Of a DNA stretch of 64,000 bases, positions 1-9,645 are shown in pieces. Source of the stretch: Dehalococcoidia bacterium (GTDB lineage: Bacteria; Chloroflexota; Dehalococcoidia; Plut-88900); assembly GCA_965197585.1 (NCBI GenBank), contig OZ240215.1:2912001-2976000 (forward strand), in the 5' to 3' direction. Numbering within the stretch: position 1 is the first letter of the stretch; every line of letters begins with the position of its first letter. The position numbers and the translations under genes are program-made. The notes below the pieces were generated by a model that was given only the letters and a program-made list of their open reading frames with translations, was not told the origin of the DNA and ran no database searches.

Positions 1-1
1 T

Positions 2-1798
2 CAGGCGACCCTCCTCGGCCTCCTTCATCATGTCCGTGACCACCATCCCCTCTTCTTCGGGAATGCGTCCGCCCCAGGCCCGAGCGAACTTCTCCAGCGA
101 CTCGGCGTCAAAGTCCTGGTAGCCGGGCAGGTTGCTGGGTGTGCAGCCGGCGTCGCCGCAGCCCTGGACGTTGTTCTGGCCCCGCAGCGGCGAGATGCCG
201 TTCCCGGGCTTCCCCATCTGCCCCGAGACCAGCGCCAGGTTCAGCACGGCGTGGCAGTTGGCGGTGCCGTTGGTGTGCTGCGTGAGCCCCATGCCCCAGA
301 CGAAGCACGAGCCGCTGAAGGGAGGGCTAGCGTAGATACGTGCCGCCTCTATCATCTGCTCTTTAGGCACACCTGTTATCGACTCGACGAAGTCGGGGGT
401 GTACTTGTCGAGGGACGCCTTCCACTCCTCGAAGCCCTCGGTCCGTTCGGCTACAAAATGCTCGTCCGATAACCCCTCGTCGAGGATCACCTTTGCCATG
501 CCGTTGAAGAGCGCGACGTCGGTTCCCGGGCGCTCCCTGAGCCAGAGGTAGGCGTAGTCACAGAGGTCGATGCGCTTGGGGTTGATGACGATGAGCTTGG
601 CGCCGTACAGGTCTACGGCCTTGCGGAAGCGGGTCGCGGCCACCGGATGATTGGAGCTCGGGTCACAGCCTGCGATGATCAGGCAGCCCGCCTTTTCGTA
701 GTCCAGATAAGAGTTGCTGGTCGCCCCGCTCCCGAGAGACCTCAGCATCGCCTCAACCGACGGCGAGTGGCACAGCCGAGTGCAGTGGTCGATGCTGTTG
801 GTGCCCAACGCCATGCGCATGAACTTCTGGAGGATGTAGCCGTCCTCGTTGGTCGCCTTGGCGGAAGCCAGGGCGGCGGTGGCTCCCCGGTGCTCGACCA
901 GCTTTTCGGCGGTCAGGTCCAGGGCCTCGTCCCATGACGCGGGCGTGAGCTTGCCGTTCTTACGTATGAGGGGCGTGGTCAGCCGGTCGCCGTGGTTGAC
1001 GAAGGTCACCCCGAACCGGCCCTTAACGCACAGCTTGCCGAGGCTCGACTGGTTGTCAGGGTCGTCGTCGACCCAGAGGACCTTGTCATTGGCATCGGTG
1101 TTCAGCACGATCCCGCACCCGACCCCACAGTAGGGGCACACCGTAGAGGTCTGCTTTACGGCGTTGGCGGGATTCAGCTTCGGCTCGATCGCTCCCGTCG
1201 GGCAGGCTGCCACGCACGAGCCGCAGGACGTGCAGATAGACTCGGCGATGGGCTCGTCGGCGTACGTGCCTATGAACGCGTCCTGCCCCCTGCCAAGGAT
1301 GGCAATGGCCCCGATCTCCTGCAGACTCTGGCACGCCTCGACGCAGCGGCCACACATAATGCAGTCGTCCATCTCCACCGAAAAGAATGGGTTGCTGGCA
1401 TCGGTGTGGTCCCGGGCACGGGTCTCGTAACCGGGGGATAGCAGGTCGTGGAACTTGGAGGCGGTTTTCAGCTCCTTGTGCTCGGCTAGGGGTTCGCCGG
1501 GGGTCTCGGTGGGGAGCATTCCGAGAGTCAGGTCGAGGATGCCCTGGCGGATGCGCCGGACCTCGGGGCTGTTGGTTTGTACGACCATGCCCTCGGAGGC
1601 GGGAGTGTGGCAGGAGGCCGGGAACCCGCGTCGGCCCTCGACCTGCACAAGGCACGTCCGGCACGCCCCGATGGCGGGCATGGCCGGGTCCTTGCACAGC
1701 TGAGGCACATACACCCCGGCGGTGTTTATCACCTCCAGGATGGAGTTCCCCTCCCGTGCCTCGACGGCCATCCCGTCTATTGTGAGGTTTATGGTCAT
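2..1798 (-). CDS. fdhF: NAD-dependent formate dehydrogenase alpha-subunit-like molybdopterin oxidoreductase (FdhF type), C-terminus beyond left edge
   Basis: Manual translation from ATG 1798: MTINLTIDGMAVEAREGNSILEVINTAGVYVPQLCKDP..GACRTCLV (2Fe-2S); CIMCGRCVEAC and CTSCGSCVAAC ferredoxin motifs; CAPYCGVGC; active-site DHCTRLCH (Cys, not Sec); PLRGQNNVQG. Absent from ORF track because no stop lies in the window. Confidence 0.9.
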   Translation of the reverse strand, partial: MTINLTIDGMAVEAREGNSILEVINTAGVYVPQLCKDPAMPAIGACRTCLVQVEGRRGFPASCHTPASEGMVVQTNSPEVRRIRQGILDLTLGMLPTETPGEPLAEHKELKTASKFHDLLSPGYETRARDHTDASNPFFSVEMDDCIMCGRCVEACQSLQEIGAIAILGRGQDAFIGTYADEPIAESICTSCGSCVAACPTGAIEPKLNPANAVKQTSTVCPYCGVGCGIVLNTDANDKVLWVDDDPDNQSSLGKLCVKGRFGVTFVNHGDRLTTPLIRKNGKLTPASWDEALDLTAEKLVEHRGATAALASAKATNEDGYILQKFMRMALGTNSIDHCTRLCHSPSVEAMLRSLGSGATSNSYLDYEKAGCLIIAGCDPSSNHPVAATRFRKAVDLYGAKLIVINPKRIDLCDYAYLWLRERPGTDVALFNGMAKVILDEGLSDEHFVAERTEGFEEWKASLDKYTPDFVESITGVPKEQMIEAARIYASPPFSGSCFVWGMGLTQHTNGTANCHAVLNLALVSGQMGKPGNGISPLRGQNNVQGCGDAGCTPSNLPGYQDFDAESLEKFARAWGGRIPEEEGMVVTDMMKEAEEGRL

Positions 1799-1831
1799 GG
1801 TGTCACCTAGAAGTCTCCGGATTGACGCAAA

Positions 1832-2575
1832 TCAGACTGTACGAGCAGATTCCGCTGCTATATGTCCTGCCAGCTTCGACACGAACGCCCTCAACCCAGT
1901 TGAAAGACTTAGTTCCTGATACGCCCCTGTCTTTGAAGCGCTACGGGGTGACAGTATAAGGGTTGCCGCTGAATATATTTGTTCCAAAACCAATTTCTGA
2001 CAAAGCAAATGGTAACGTTCGGCGTAAGAAGCGCTTTGAAATTCGGGGAATACGGGATAATGAGGCGACGCTTCTTTAACAGGTGCTCGGGACCCGGAGG
2101 AATCTTCTAAGAGCATCAAAAATCCAACAAATGGGAGTGACGCTCCTTCACCGAACGCCCCTTCTCGAAAAGCCTTCCATAAGTCTACGGCATTACCTAT
2201 AGCTTCCTCCACCCGATTATTTGCATTGTTACCGAAAGAAGGACCTACCTGAGATTTGAACTCTATTACTGCAACCAAGTGCCCTTCATTGAGGACCAGT
2301 AGATCCCACTGCTTGGTAGGGCGAAAATATCCAGGCAAAGTCAAAAGCCGCCGACCACGCATAATTGTGGCGTCTTTAAGGCCATTAGCTTCTACTAAGC
2401 GAGTAACCATAGATGCAAAACCGTCCATATTCTTTCCGGCAGTAACGCTGGAACGTTCACCCTGATCCGATATCCCGCCTCGTTGTTGTTTTTGCCTTGC
2501 GATATCTCGGCTTTTCCAGAACGCCCTTACAGCTTGCCGAGCTTGCTGTTCGTAACCCTTAAGCCTTAGAGCCAT
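1832..2575 (-). CDS. PaeR7I/XhoI-family type II restriction endonuclease
   Basis: [55 protein letters not shown] family motifs; adjacent to a DNA methylase; lower GC. Confidence 0.85.
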   Translation of the reverse strand: MALRLKGYEQQARQAVRAFWKSRDIARQKQQRGGISDQGERSSVTAGKNMDGFASMVTRLVEANGLKDATIMRGRRLLTLPGYFRPTKQWDLLVLNEGHLVAVIEFKSQVGPSFGNNANNRVEEAIGNAVDLWKAFREGAFGEGASLPFVGFLMLLEDSSGSRAPVKEASPHYPVFPEFQSASYAERYHLLCQKLVLEQIYSAATLILSPRSASKTGAYQELSLSTGLRAFVSKLAGHIAAESARTV

Positions 2576-2646
2576 CTCGCCTAATCACCCTAATCGTCGT
2601 CTTTAAGCAAAGTGATGACCAAAACAGAGTTGCCGCTCAAAATCAT

Positions 2647-3651
2647 CTAGTTAGCTTGCATCACCCTTGCAAGTGGGAGATGTGTTGCAAGACGGAATCT
2701 TGCACCTTCCAAGAACTGGGGTTCAATGTCTATACCCAGGCCGTGACGACCCCATGAGCCAGCTGCCAACAAGGTCGTGGCGGTCCCGCAAAAGGGGTCC
2801 AACACCGTATCTCCAACGAACGAAAACATGCGTACAAGACGTTCCGCCAATTCGAGTGGGAAGGGAGCCGGATGGTACTTCAGAGACTCGCCGCGTATAT
2901 TCCAGATAGACTGGAACCATTGGTGATGGCGATGCTCAGGTATAATAGATAGCACTCTTTGGGCATTCGTGGGCGAACGATAAGCTCGGGCCCCCTTCTG
3001 CCCCGGTTTCCGCTGTTGCAAAATGAATTCGATATCGTTCTTGATTATCGCATTGGGTTCGTACGGCTTGCCTAGAAATCCGCCACGGCCTTCTGATTCA
3101 TAAGATGCGTTAGCCGTCTTGTGCCATATTATCGGTGTCAGGTTGTCAAACCCCATCTTTCGACAGCTTTCCTGTATGCTTGCATGTAGCGGCATGGTTA
3201 CGTGGCGACCGTAGACTCTCCGCTTCAGACTGACGTCTCCCACCACTATCACAAGGCGACCCCCGTCAACTAACACACGGTGGCTTTCTATCCATACTTG
3301 GGATAGATTTTCTACAAATTCATCGTAATCATCTACGTGGCCTAGCTGTCCCTCCCGTATTGGATATTTTTTTAGGATCCAATAGGGTGGGGAGGTAACT
3401 ATCAGATGGACGCTCGCATCCGGTACAGTCGACAATAATCCTCTCGCGTCTCCGAGTAGCAAGGACTGTGTGGTTGGAATGCGACGCACGTGGTCTTCTA
3501 TTTCATCTGACAACTCTTTTGATTTGGCAATACGGGGGAAAAACGTTTGCGTGGAAATAACGTTACAAAGTGAAGCCGGGAGGAAGTCGTTCAAGGTTTC
3601 CACCCAATTCGGATCAGCTGTTACAACAGTTTGAGGCACTCGGTATTCCAC
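2647..3651 (-). CDS. site-specific DNA methyltransferase, N4/N6 beta class
   Basis: Catalytic VTSPPY precedes HPAPFP and SAM-binding VLDPFCGTATT (beta order). Confidence 0.9.
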   Translation of the reverse strand: MEYRVPQTVVTADPNWVETLNDFLPASLCNVISTQTFFPRIAKSKELSDEIEDHVRRIPTTQSLLLGDARGLLSTVPDASVHLIVTSPPYWILKKYPIREGQLGHVDDYDEFVENLSQVWIESHRVLVDGGRLVIVVGDVSLKRRVYGRHVTMPLHASIQESCRKMGFDNLTPIIWHKTANASYESEGRGGFLGKPYEPNAIIKNDIEFILQQRKPGQKGARAYRSPTNAQRVLSIIPEHRHHQWFQSIWNIRGESLKYHPAPFPLELAERLVRMFSFVGDTVLDPFCGTATTLLAAGSWGRHGLGIDIEPQFLEGARFRLATHLPLARVMQAN

Positions 3652-3657
3652 TCTACT

Positions 3658-5268
3658 TCAACCCCTCCCCACCCCCACCGCCTCCTCAAAAGCCTCTTTG
3701 AAATGGGCCAGCCCCGACCGCACGGGGCCCGGGGCCATCTGCCCGAGGCCGCATAGGGACCCGAAGCCTACCACGTCGTTTAGATAGGCCAGCTTCTCCA
3801 GCCCCGACCTCCCCTCCTCGCCCCTCTGCACCGCGCCGAGCAGTTCCAGCATCCGCTTCGTGCCCTCCCGGCAGGGTGTGCACTTGGAGCACGACTCCGC
3901 CGCATTGTACGCCGTCAGCCTCCTCACAACCTCCACCGGTGACACGCTGGTGTCCAGCACGGTAATCCCCCCCGACCCCAGGACCGCACCCTCGGGGTCC
4001 AGCATTCCGGGGCCGATGGGCACGTCCAGCATCGACTCATTGAGCAGCCCGCCCGACGGACCTCCTGCCACCACACCGATGACCTCACACCCATCCGGCG
4101 GCCCGCCCCCGATGTCAAACACGATCTCCCGGACGGTGGCCCCCATTGGCACTTCCACGAGTCCCGGCCTCCGCACCCGCCCGCTAAGCGATATCAGCTT
4201 TGTTCCGGGCGAGGGCTCGGCGCCTGGGTTGGACAGCAGCATCGGGAGATTGCACAGGGTCTCGACGTTGTTAATCACCGTCGGCTTGCCCCAGAGCCCC
4301 GACTCCACCGGGAATGGGGGTCTGGTCCGCGGCACGTTGCGCTGTCCCTCGATGCTGTTCATCAGCGCGCTCTCTTCGCCGAGAATGTATCCCCCCCCAC
4401 CCCGCCGCACCTCGATGTCCAGGTTGAAGTCCGTACCCAGCACGCCTTCACCGACGAGGCCAAGGTCTCGGGCCTGCTGCAAGGCGGTCTCGACACGCCC
4501 GGCAGCAGCGTTGGCCTCGCCGTTGACGTAGAGGTAGGTCTTGTCCGCGCCTATCGCGTAGGCGGCTATTGCCAGCCCTTCCAGGATCAGGAACGGCGAG
4601 CCTTCCATCACGTGCCGGTCCTTGTATATGCCCGGCTCACCCTCCTCGGCGTTGACTATCAGGTACCGGGGCCCGGGCCCCGCTGCCCGCGCTCCCTGCC
4701 ATTTGCGCCCCGCCGGGAAGTAGGCCCCACCCCTCCCTCGAAGGTCGGCCCTCAAGACCTCTTCGACGACCTGCTCGGGGGTCATGGAGTGGAGGACCTC
4801 GTTAAGGGTTGCGTAGCCGCCTCGGGACACGTAGTCGTCGATGTTGCCGGGTTCCATCGCCCCGACGTGCTCCATTACCCGCCGCTCCTGACCCTTCCAG
4901 AAACCGGGAAGGTCGCCGGTTGGAGGCCAGAGGACGGGCTTCCCCTTCCAGGTCGAAGAGGCGTCGGCCTGACCCGCTAGCCAGAAGCTAAGGATCGAGT
5001 TCACGTCTGCGGGGCCGACGTTGGTCAGCCGATAGGTCAGCCCTTCAGCCATCTCCACTATGACCACCGGAGCCTCGTGGCACGCGCCGTCGCACCCTGC
5101 CACACGCACGGGGGTCATCAGCCCCTGCTTGGCGACCGTGGCCTGCAGCAGGGACAGCACCGCCCCCGCCCCGACCGTGCGCGTGCAGCCGCCCAGCTGG
5201 ACCAGGGCCCTGGGAAAGCGGGTCCTCGCCTCACGGTCGGCGTTCGACTTGAGTTCCGAGTATCTCAT
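3658..5268 (-). CDS. NuoF/HoxF-like NAD(H)/FMN-binding diaphorase subunit with N-terminal thioredoxin-like Fe-S domain
   Basis: LRGRGGAYFPAGRKW, NAEEGEPG, GGGGYILGEESAL, NNVETL, ESCSKCTPCREG...SLCGLGQ. Confidence 0.9.
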   Translation of the reverse strand: MRYSELKSNADREARTRFPRALVQLGGCTRTVGAGAVLSLLQATVAKQGLMTPVRVAGCDGACHEAPVVIVEMAEGLTYRLTNVGPADVNSILSFWLAGQADASSTWKGKPVLWPPTGDLPGFWKGQERRVMEHVGAMEPGNIDDYVSRGGYATLNEVLHSMTPEQVVEEVLRADLRGRGGAYFPAGRKWQGARAAGPGPRYLIVNAEEGEPGIYKDRHVMEGSPFLILEGLAIAAYAIGADKTYLYVNGEANAAAGRVETALQQARDLGLVGEGVLGTDFNLDIEVRRGGGGYILGEESALMNSIEGQRNVPRTRPPFPVESGLWGKPTVINNVETLCNLPMLLSNPGAEPSPGTKLISLSGRVRRPGLVEVPMGATVREIVFDIGGGPPDGCEVIGVVAGGPSGGLLNESMLDVPIGPGMLDPEGAVLGSGGITVLDTSVSPVEVVRRLTAYNAAESCSKCTPCREGTKRMLELLGAVQRGEEGRSGLEKLAYLNDVVGFGSLCGLGQMAPGPVRSGLAHFKEAFEEAVGVGRG

Positions 5269-5738
5269 CGTTGCAATGGCATGTTTCGAGGCACGGACTG
5301 GAGGCGAGTCACCGCGTCCTCGGGGGTCAGCTTTCCGAAAGTCCCGCCTTCAAGCTCCATTGTCGGGGCCATGGCACATACGAAGAGGCAGGGCGCTTCT
5401 TCCAGAGTCAGCGCACCGTCGTCGGTCGTCTCCCCGACCCCGATACCCAGCTCACCACTGACCGCATCCAGGACCCGGGTCCCGCCCTGCAGGTAGCAGG
5501 CCAGGCCAGTGCAGACTCTCAATACGAAACGTCCCGGCTCCTTCAGCCGCAACTCCGGGAAAGAGGACGCTACGCCGTGCACCTCGCTCTTGGGGACCCG
5601 AAGGTAGGCCCCGATCTCCTCCATGGCCCACGCGGGTATCCAGCGCAGCCCTTCCTGGACGGCACACAAAGCCGGCAGCAGATAGGTCCTGTGTCGGGGA
5701 AAGCGGCCGAGAATCTCTTTTGTCTCTTCCCTGTCCAA
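5265..5738 (-). CDS. NuoE-like 2Fe-2S subunit
   Basis: VCTGLAC...APCLFVCAMAP; overlaps the nuoF-like gene by 4 bp. Confidence 0.9.
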   Translation of the reverse strand: MDREETKEILGRFPRHRTYLLPALCAVQEGLRWIPAWAMEEIGAYLRVPKSEVHGVASSFPELRLKEPGRFVLRVCTGLACYLQGGTRVLDAVSGELGIGVGETTDDGALTLEEAPCLFVCAMAPTMELEGGTFGKLTPEDAVTRLQSVPRNMPLQR

Positions 5739-5766
5739 AGCCCCTCCCAGCAGGGAATGGGGCCGA

Positions 5767-7557
5767 TTATACAGGTGTTTCGTTGGGTATGTTCAGGCCG
5801 AGCCCACGCACCGATTCCCGAGAGGGCAGCCCCTCCTCACCCCACCCCCGAGCCCCGTAATAGCCCGCAACCGTCTCTGCGAGACCGGACTCAGTCACCG
5901 CGCCGCCCTCGAAAACGCGGGATGGCAGGGTGTCGTCGTCCTGTTTCCAGCCCTCGCGAACGTTGAACGCCTTGCGGACCAGGTTTATCCGCTCCCCTGC
6001 TTTCCTCAAGCCCTCTGCGCCGATGTCGTGGCCCGTGGCCAGGCGGTAGACGTGGGCTGCTTCAGGATAGAAGTCATCCAGTGCTCGACGCACGAACTTG
6101 GACAAGACCAGTGAGTCGAGCACCGCGGCAAAATCTTCCGCCTCAGCGACCGCACGCCCGATCTCCGAGGCATCCGCCCGTTGCGCTGCATCGTCGCTCA
6201 GGTCGAAATCGTAGGCCGACGCCTTGTTGTGGCACGCGCCCCGTGGGCTGACCGCCAGGGCCAGGGCCAGGTGTCTCAGCCTACCCGGGTGATAGCCGGG
6301 CATCTCCAAGCCCTTGACGTGCATGGCCCACGACTCGGAGCCGTTCCCCGTGAGCGCCGAAGCCATCCGGCTACCTTCCCACAGGAGCTCCCCGACACCC
6401 TCCTTGCGACCTATCTGTTCTATAACAGCGAGGAGCTCAGGGCCTTGCCCGAAGCGCAGGTCCAGGCCGTTGGTGTCGGCGGGGGTGAGGATTCCTCGCT
6501 CGAAGGACTCCATTGCCCAGGCTATCGTGCCGCCTGCGCTTATGGTGTCGATACCGAGCTGATCGCTGAGCCCCGCGGCCCGGATCACGATGTCGGGATC
6601 ATCGATCCCGCACAGCGGCCCGAAGGCGAACAGGCTCTCGTATTCCAGCCGAGATTTCGTCCTCCCCCCCTTCGCCGAGTAGACGTGCTCCCACTCCCGT
6701 GACATATCCGACCCCGACTCCCGGCTCCGCCTCCGCTCCAGGCTCTCGACACTCAGGGACTCAGCGCCTTCGAAGGTGTACTGCCGGAAGTTGTAGGCCG
6801 GGAGCGCACCCGCCGCGTTGAGCTTCGCCAGGTTAGCCACGGTGCCCGGGCCCCGGTACTTGGCCGTCGACCCCGATTGCATTGCCTTTTCCAGCTTTGC
6901 AATAAGCTCGGCGAGCTCGGGGTCTGGTGGAGGTTGTGCCGTGGTCCCAGTGAAGGCGATGGCCTTCAGATTCTTGGCCCCCATCACCGCACCCGCGCCC
7001 GTCCTCCCCGCCTGCCGACCCCCGTTGCTTATACAGGCAAACCTGACCAGCGCCTCGCCCGCCGGGCCTATGGCCGCGACTTTGGCGTCGGAGTCGCCGA
7101 GAAGTGAGCTTATCTTCGCTGCCGTCTCCTGAGCAGACAGGCCAACTAGTGACGCTGCATCCAGCACCCTAACCGACTCATCGTCGATATACAGAAAAAC
7201 AGGCCCCGACGCCCGACCTTTGATCACCAGGGCGTCGAAGGGCATCCGGGACAACTCTTCCGCCACGGGCCCCGACGACAGGGAGTCGCCTACGAAACCT
7301 GTGAGAGGTGATTTGCAGGCCACCGCCATCTTCGAAGACCCCGGCACCCCTGCCCCGAGAAACGGGCCACGGGTGAAGATGAGTGGGTTCTCGGGGGAGA
7401 GGGGGTCGACGCCCGGCGGGCAGTGCTTGTAGAGCAGCCAGGCCCCCAGCCCCGCCCCACCTATGAAGGAGACCTGCTCCTCCATCGTGAGCGGCTCGAA
7501 GCTCGACTTGCCGCTGGCGAGGTCGATTACGAGAATTCGGCCATGATAGGCATGCAT
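5767..7557 (-). CDS. aldehyde:ferredoxin oxidoreductase (AOR/WOR) family protein, Fe-S cysteines substituted
   Basis: KSPLTG, IGPAGE, AGRTGAGAVMGAKNLKAI, EYE, LGIDTIS, HVKGLE, RGACH motifs. Confidence 0.9.
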   Translation of the reverse strand: MHAYHGRILVIDLASGKSSFEPLTMEEQVSFIGGAGLGAWLLYKHCPPGVDPLSPENPLIFTRGPFLGAGVPGSSKMAVACKSPLTGFVGDSLSSGPVAEELSRMPFDALVIKGRASGPVFLYIDDESVRVLDAASLVGLSAQETAAKISSLLGDSDAKVAAIGPAGEALVRFACISNGGRQAGRTGAGAVMGAKNLKAIAFTGTTAQPPPDPELAELIAKLEKAMQSGSTAKYRGPGTVANLAKLNAAGALPAYNFRQYTFEGAESLSVESLERRRSRESGSDMSREWEHVYSAKGGRTKSRLEYESLFAFGPLCGIDDPDIVIRAAGLSDQLGIDTISAGGTIAWAMESFERGILTPADTNGLDLRFGQGPELLAVIEQIGRKEGVGELLWEGSRMASALTGNGSESWAMHVKGLEMPGYHPGRLRHLALALAVSPRGACHNKASAYDFDLSDDAAQRADASEIGRAVAEAEDFAAVLDSLVLSKFVRRALDDFYPEAAHVYRLATGHDIGAEGLRKAGERINLVRKAFNVREGWKQDDDTLPSRVFEGGAVTESGLAETVAGYYGARGWGEEGLPSRESVRGLGLNIPNETPV

Positions 7558-7606
7558 TCGGGTTACTCTCGTGTGCCGGGCCCCGACGTATCTAGTTGTC
7601 GTTCGG

Positions 7607-8230
7607 CTAGGCTTGCGCCTCGAGGGACAGGGCTTTGTCCAGGTCTTCCTGGGTGTTGACGTTGAAGAAGCTCAAGTGGTGCGGGTCTATGAGATCGACG
7701 TCATCTTCTTCTACGAAGGCGACCCTGACCTCATCGAAAAACAGGGCGATTTTCAGGTCATTGCGTTTAAGCCGCTGCTCGATTGGCTCAAGGCAGCTCT
7801 TCGAATATATGGCGTGGAGGGGCTCGGGCCTGCCATTCAGCCTCGGGACCACGACGTCATAGTCGGGGGCCATGTCCAGCATGAAGCGGAGCAGGTCGGT
7901 GTTCAGGAAGGGCATGTCGCAGGCAACCACAATTCCGTAGTCGCCCCTCGCCGCCGAGAGGCCGGTGAATATGCCGCCGAGGGACCCGCTTCCCGGGTAG
8001 ATGTCGGCGGCGGTCCTGACCCAGGGTGGGAGGTCCAGGGCCTCGGCCCTCGACTCCTCGGCGACGACCACAATCGTCTCTGAGCTTACCTGGGAGAGCC
8101 TGCCGACCACCCGCTCGATCAGCGATTCCCCGCCAATCTTCTCGACGGCCTTGTTCCTCCCGAGCCGCCTGCTCATTCCCCCCGCCAACGCCACGCCGCT
8201 AACCTTGTCAGTCTGCCTTCCATTTAGCAT
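7607..8230 (-). CDS. mobA: molybdenum cofactor guanylyltransferase
   Basis: LAGGMSRRLGRNKA, GSLGGIFTGL, VACDMPFL, EPLHAIY, FFNVNT. Confidence 0.92.
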   Translation of the reverse strand: MLNGRQTDKVSGVALAGGMSRRLGRNKAVEKIGGESLIERVVGRLSQVSSETIVVVAEESRAEALDLPPWVRTAADIYPGSGSLGGIFTGLSAARGDYGIVVACDMPFLNTDLLRFMLDMAPDYDVVVPRLNGRPEPLHAIYSKSCLEPIEQRLKRNDLKIALFFDEVRVAFVEEDDVDLIDPHHLSFFNVNTQEDLDKALSLEAQA

Positions 8231-8276
8231 AACGAGGTCATTATAGCGACGGGGAGGGTGTCGGGACAAAGAAATC

Positions 8277-8366
8277 CCCTCTCCCTCGATGGGAGAGGGA
8301 TAGGGTAAGGGTGATTCCCTCGGGACGTGGGGCTGCTCGTGCTGAGCTTAGTCGAAGTATGAGCGG
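8277..8366. repeat. REP-like palindrome cluster
   Basis: CCCTCTCCCTCGATGGGAGAGGG and GCTCGTGCTGAGCTTAGTCGAAG; variants recur near 30.14, 31.32, 31.95 and 63.81 kb. Confidence 0.75.
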
Positions 8367-8385
8367 GGGGGGGGTGGCTACAAGG

Positions 8386-8730
8386 TTACGGGTGCCACCG
8401 CCCATCATTCGTACTGTTGTGTCTCGGATTACGTCCGTATCGTTTGCGAAAAGAGGCTAACTTAGCACTTTCAACGTTTTCGGCGGACTTTTGAGGAATT
8501 GCCCTTGTCTCGACTACTAGCCTGTCCCTCGGCCCTAGCTTACCAGCCTTGGAGTGCTCGACAGCCCGGCGGGATGGATTATTGGTAGTGCCAATATATT
8601 TGGTATAGCCCCTCGAATTCTTTATGGAATACTGGACCTTCTTCCCCGACCTTACCTGCCCTCTTCTTTTAGCAGCGCTTCCACTGCCCCGTCGAGAACT
8701 CCCTCGGTTTCCTCTATATCCCGTTGCCAT
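8386..8730 (-). CDS. small basic GIY-YIG-like nuclease
   Basis: QYSIKNSRGYTKYIGTTNNPSRRAVEH...ENVE; GGGGAG RBS; lower GC. Confidence 0.65.
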   Translation of the reverse strand: MATGYRGNRGSSRRGSGSAAKRRGQVRSGKKVQYSIKNSRGYTKYIGTTNNPSRRAVEHSKAGKLGPRDRLVVETRAIPQKSAENVESAKLASFRKRYGRNPRHNSTNDGRWHP

Positions 8731-8828
8731 CTATTGCTCCCCCAGATTGACTCTACAACTGCATTTATCCTACAAGCCAGACAACAAATATTCTACGCCA
8801 AAATATCCTCTCCATCGAGGGGCGAGTG

Positions 8829-9641
8829 CTAAGGCGACCGTGACTCCCCCACCCCCATCACCTCCCCGAGACCCGCGCTCAGAACCTCATCCACCCCCAG
8901 CCCCTCCCGAGGCCTGAACCTCAGTGAACGCCCTTCCCACGACAGCACATAGTCCTGTCTGCTGCCCGTGTCCAAGCGCCCGTTGCCGGAGGTTGCGCCG
9001 GTTATGGCCTGGAGAGCGTCGTTGATGCATCCATCGGGGCCCCAGGCGACCCTCAGTGCAGGCTCTTTCTTGGCGATGCCCCAGTGATGTATCGCCTGGT
9101 CGACCATCCGGGCCCCGAGGGCCGCACCCACACACCGCTCCCCATGAAAGTTCTCAGCCTCGAAAAGCATGTCCCGCAGAAACGACGCCTGATTTCGGTT
9201 CCCCGGGTGCTCAGTGTCCCTTGCCGTTCTCGCCGAGAAGATCGAGTCCCAGCCCGGCGAGTACCGCTTGATGTCGACTATCGGGGTGCCGTCTATCATG
9301 TCGAGGTGATCAAGCCTAACCACCCGGCCCTCGACTCCCAGCACCCGCGCCGAGGTGAGCCCTACCGGGTTCGGCCTGCCCGGCGACCTCATGCCGAACA
9401 CCCCCCTCCCCCGGCCCCCGTGCCTCGAAAGGCTCAGGCTCGTCCTGTCCGCCCTGTGGAACCAGCCCAGCACTATCAGGTGCGTGTTCGACTCTATTCC
9501 AGCCAGCCCAGCCTCGTATTCGGGATATATCTCGATGGACGCAGGTACGCCGTCGATGGGCATTTCATCCCCCTCCCCAACGGACGAGACAACCTTCCCG
9601 ATTGGCGTGACGCTGTACGTTCCGGCGGTCTCGCTGGTCAT
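8829..9641 (-). CDS. TsaA/TrmO-like SAM-dependent methyltransferase fused to an FmdE-like domain
   Basis: PIGKV, GVFGMRSPGRPNPVGLT, LDMIDGTPIVDIKRY; C-terminal AENFHGERCVGAALGARM...CINDALQAITGATSGNG. Confidence 0.8.
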   Translation of the reverse strand: MTSETAGTYSVTPIGKVVSSVGEGDEMPIDGVPASIEIYPEYEAGLAGIESNTHLIVLGWFHRADRTSLSLSRHGGRGRGVFGMRSPGRPNPVGLTSARVLGVEGRVVRLDHLDMIDGTPIVDIKRYSPGWDSIFSARTARDTEHPGNRNQASFLRDMLFEAENFHGERCVGAALGARMVDQAIHHWGIAKKEPALRVAWGPDGCINDALQAITGATSGNGRLDTGSRQDYVLSWEGRSLRFRPREGLGVDEVLSAGLGEVMGVGESRSP

Positions 9642-9645
9642 GTTT

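Noticed and set aside
760-790. Possible selenocysteine in the FDH active site
   Set aside because: Codon is TGC (RLCH), so this is the Cys form.
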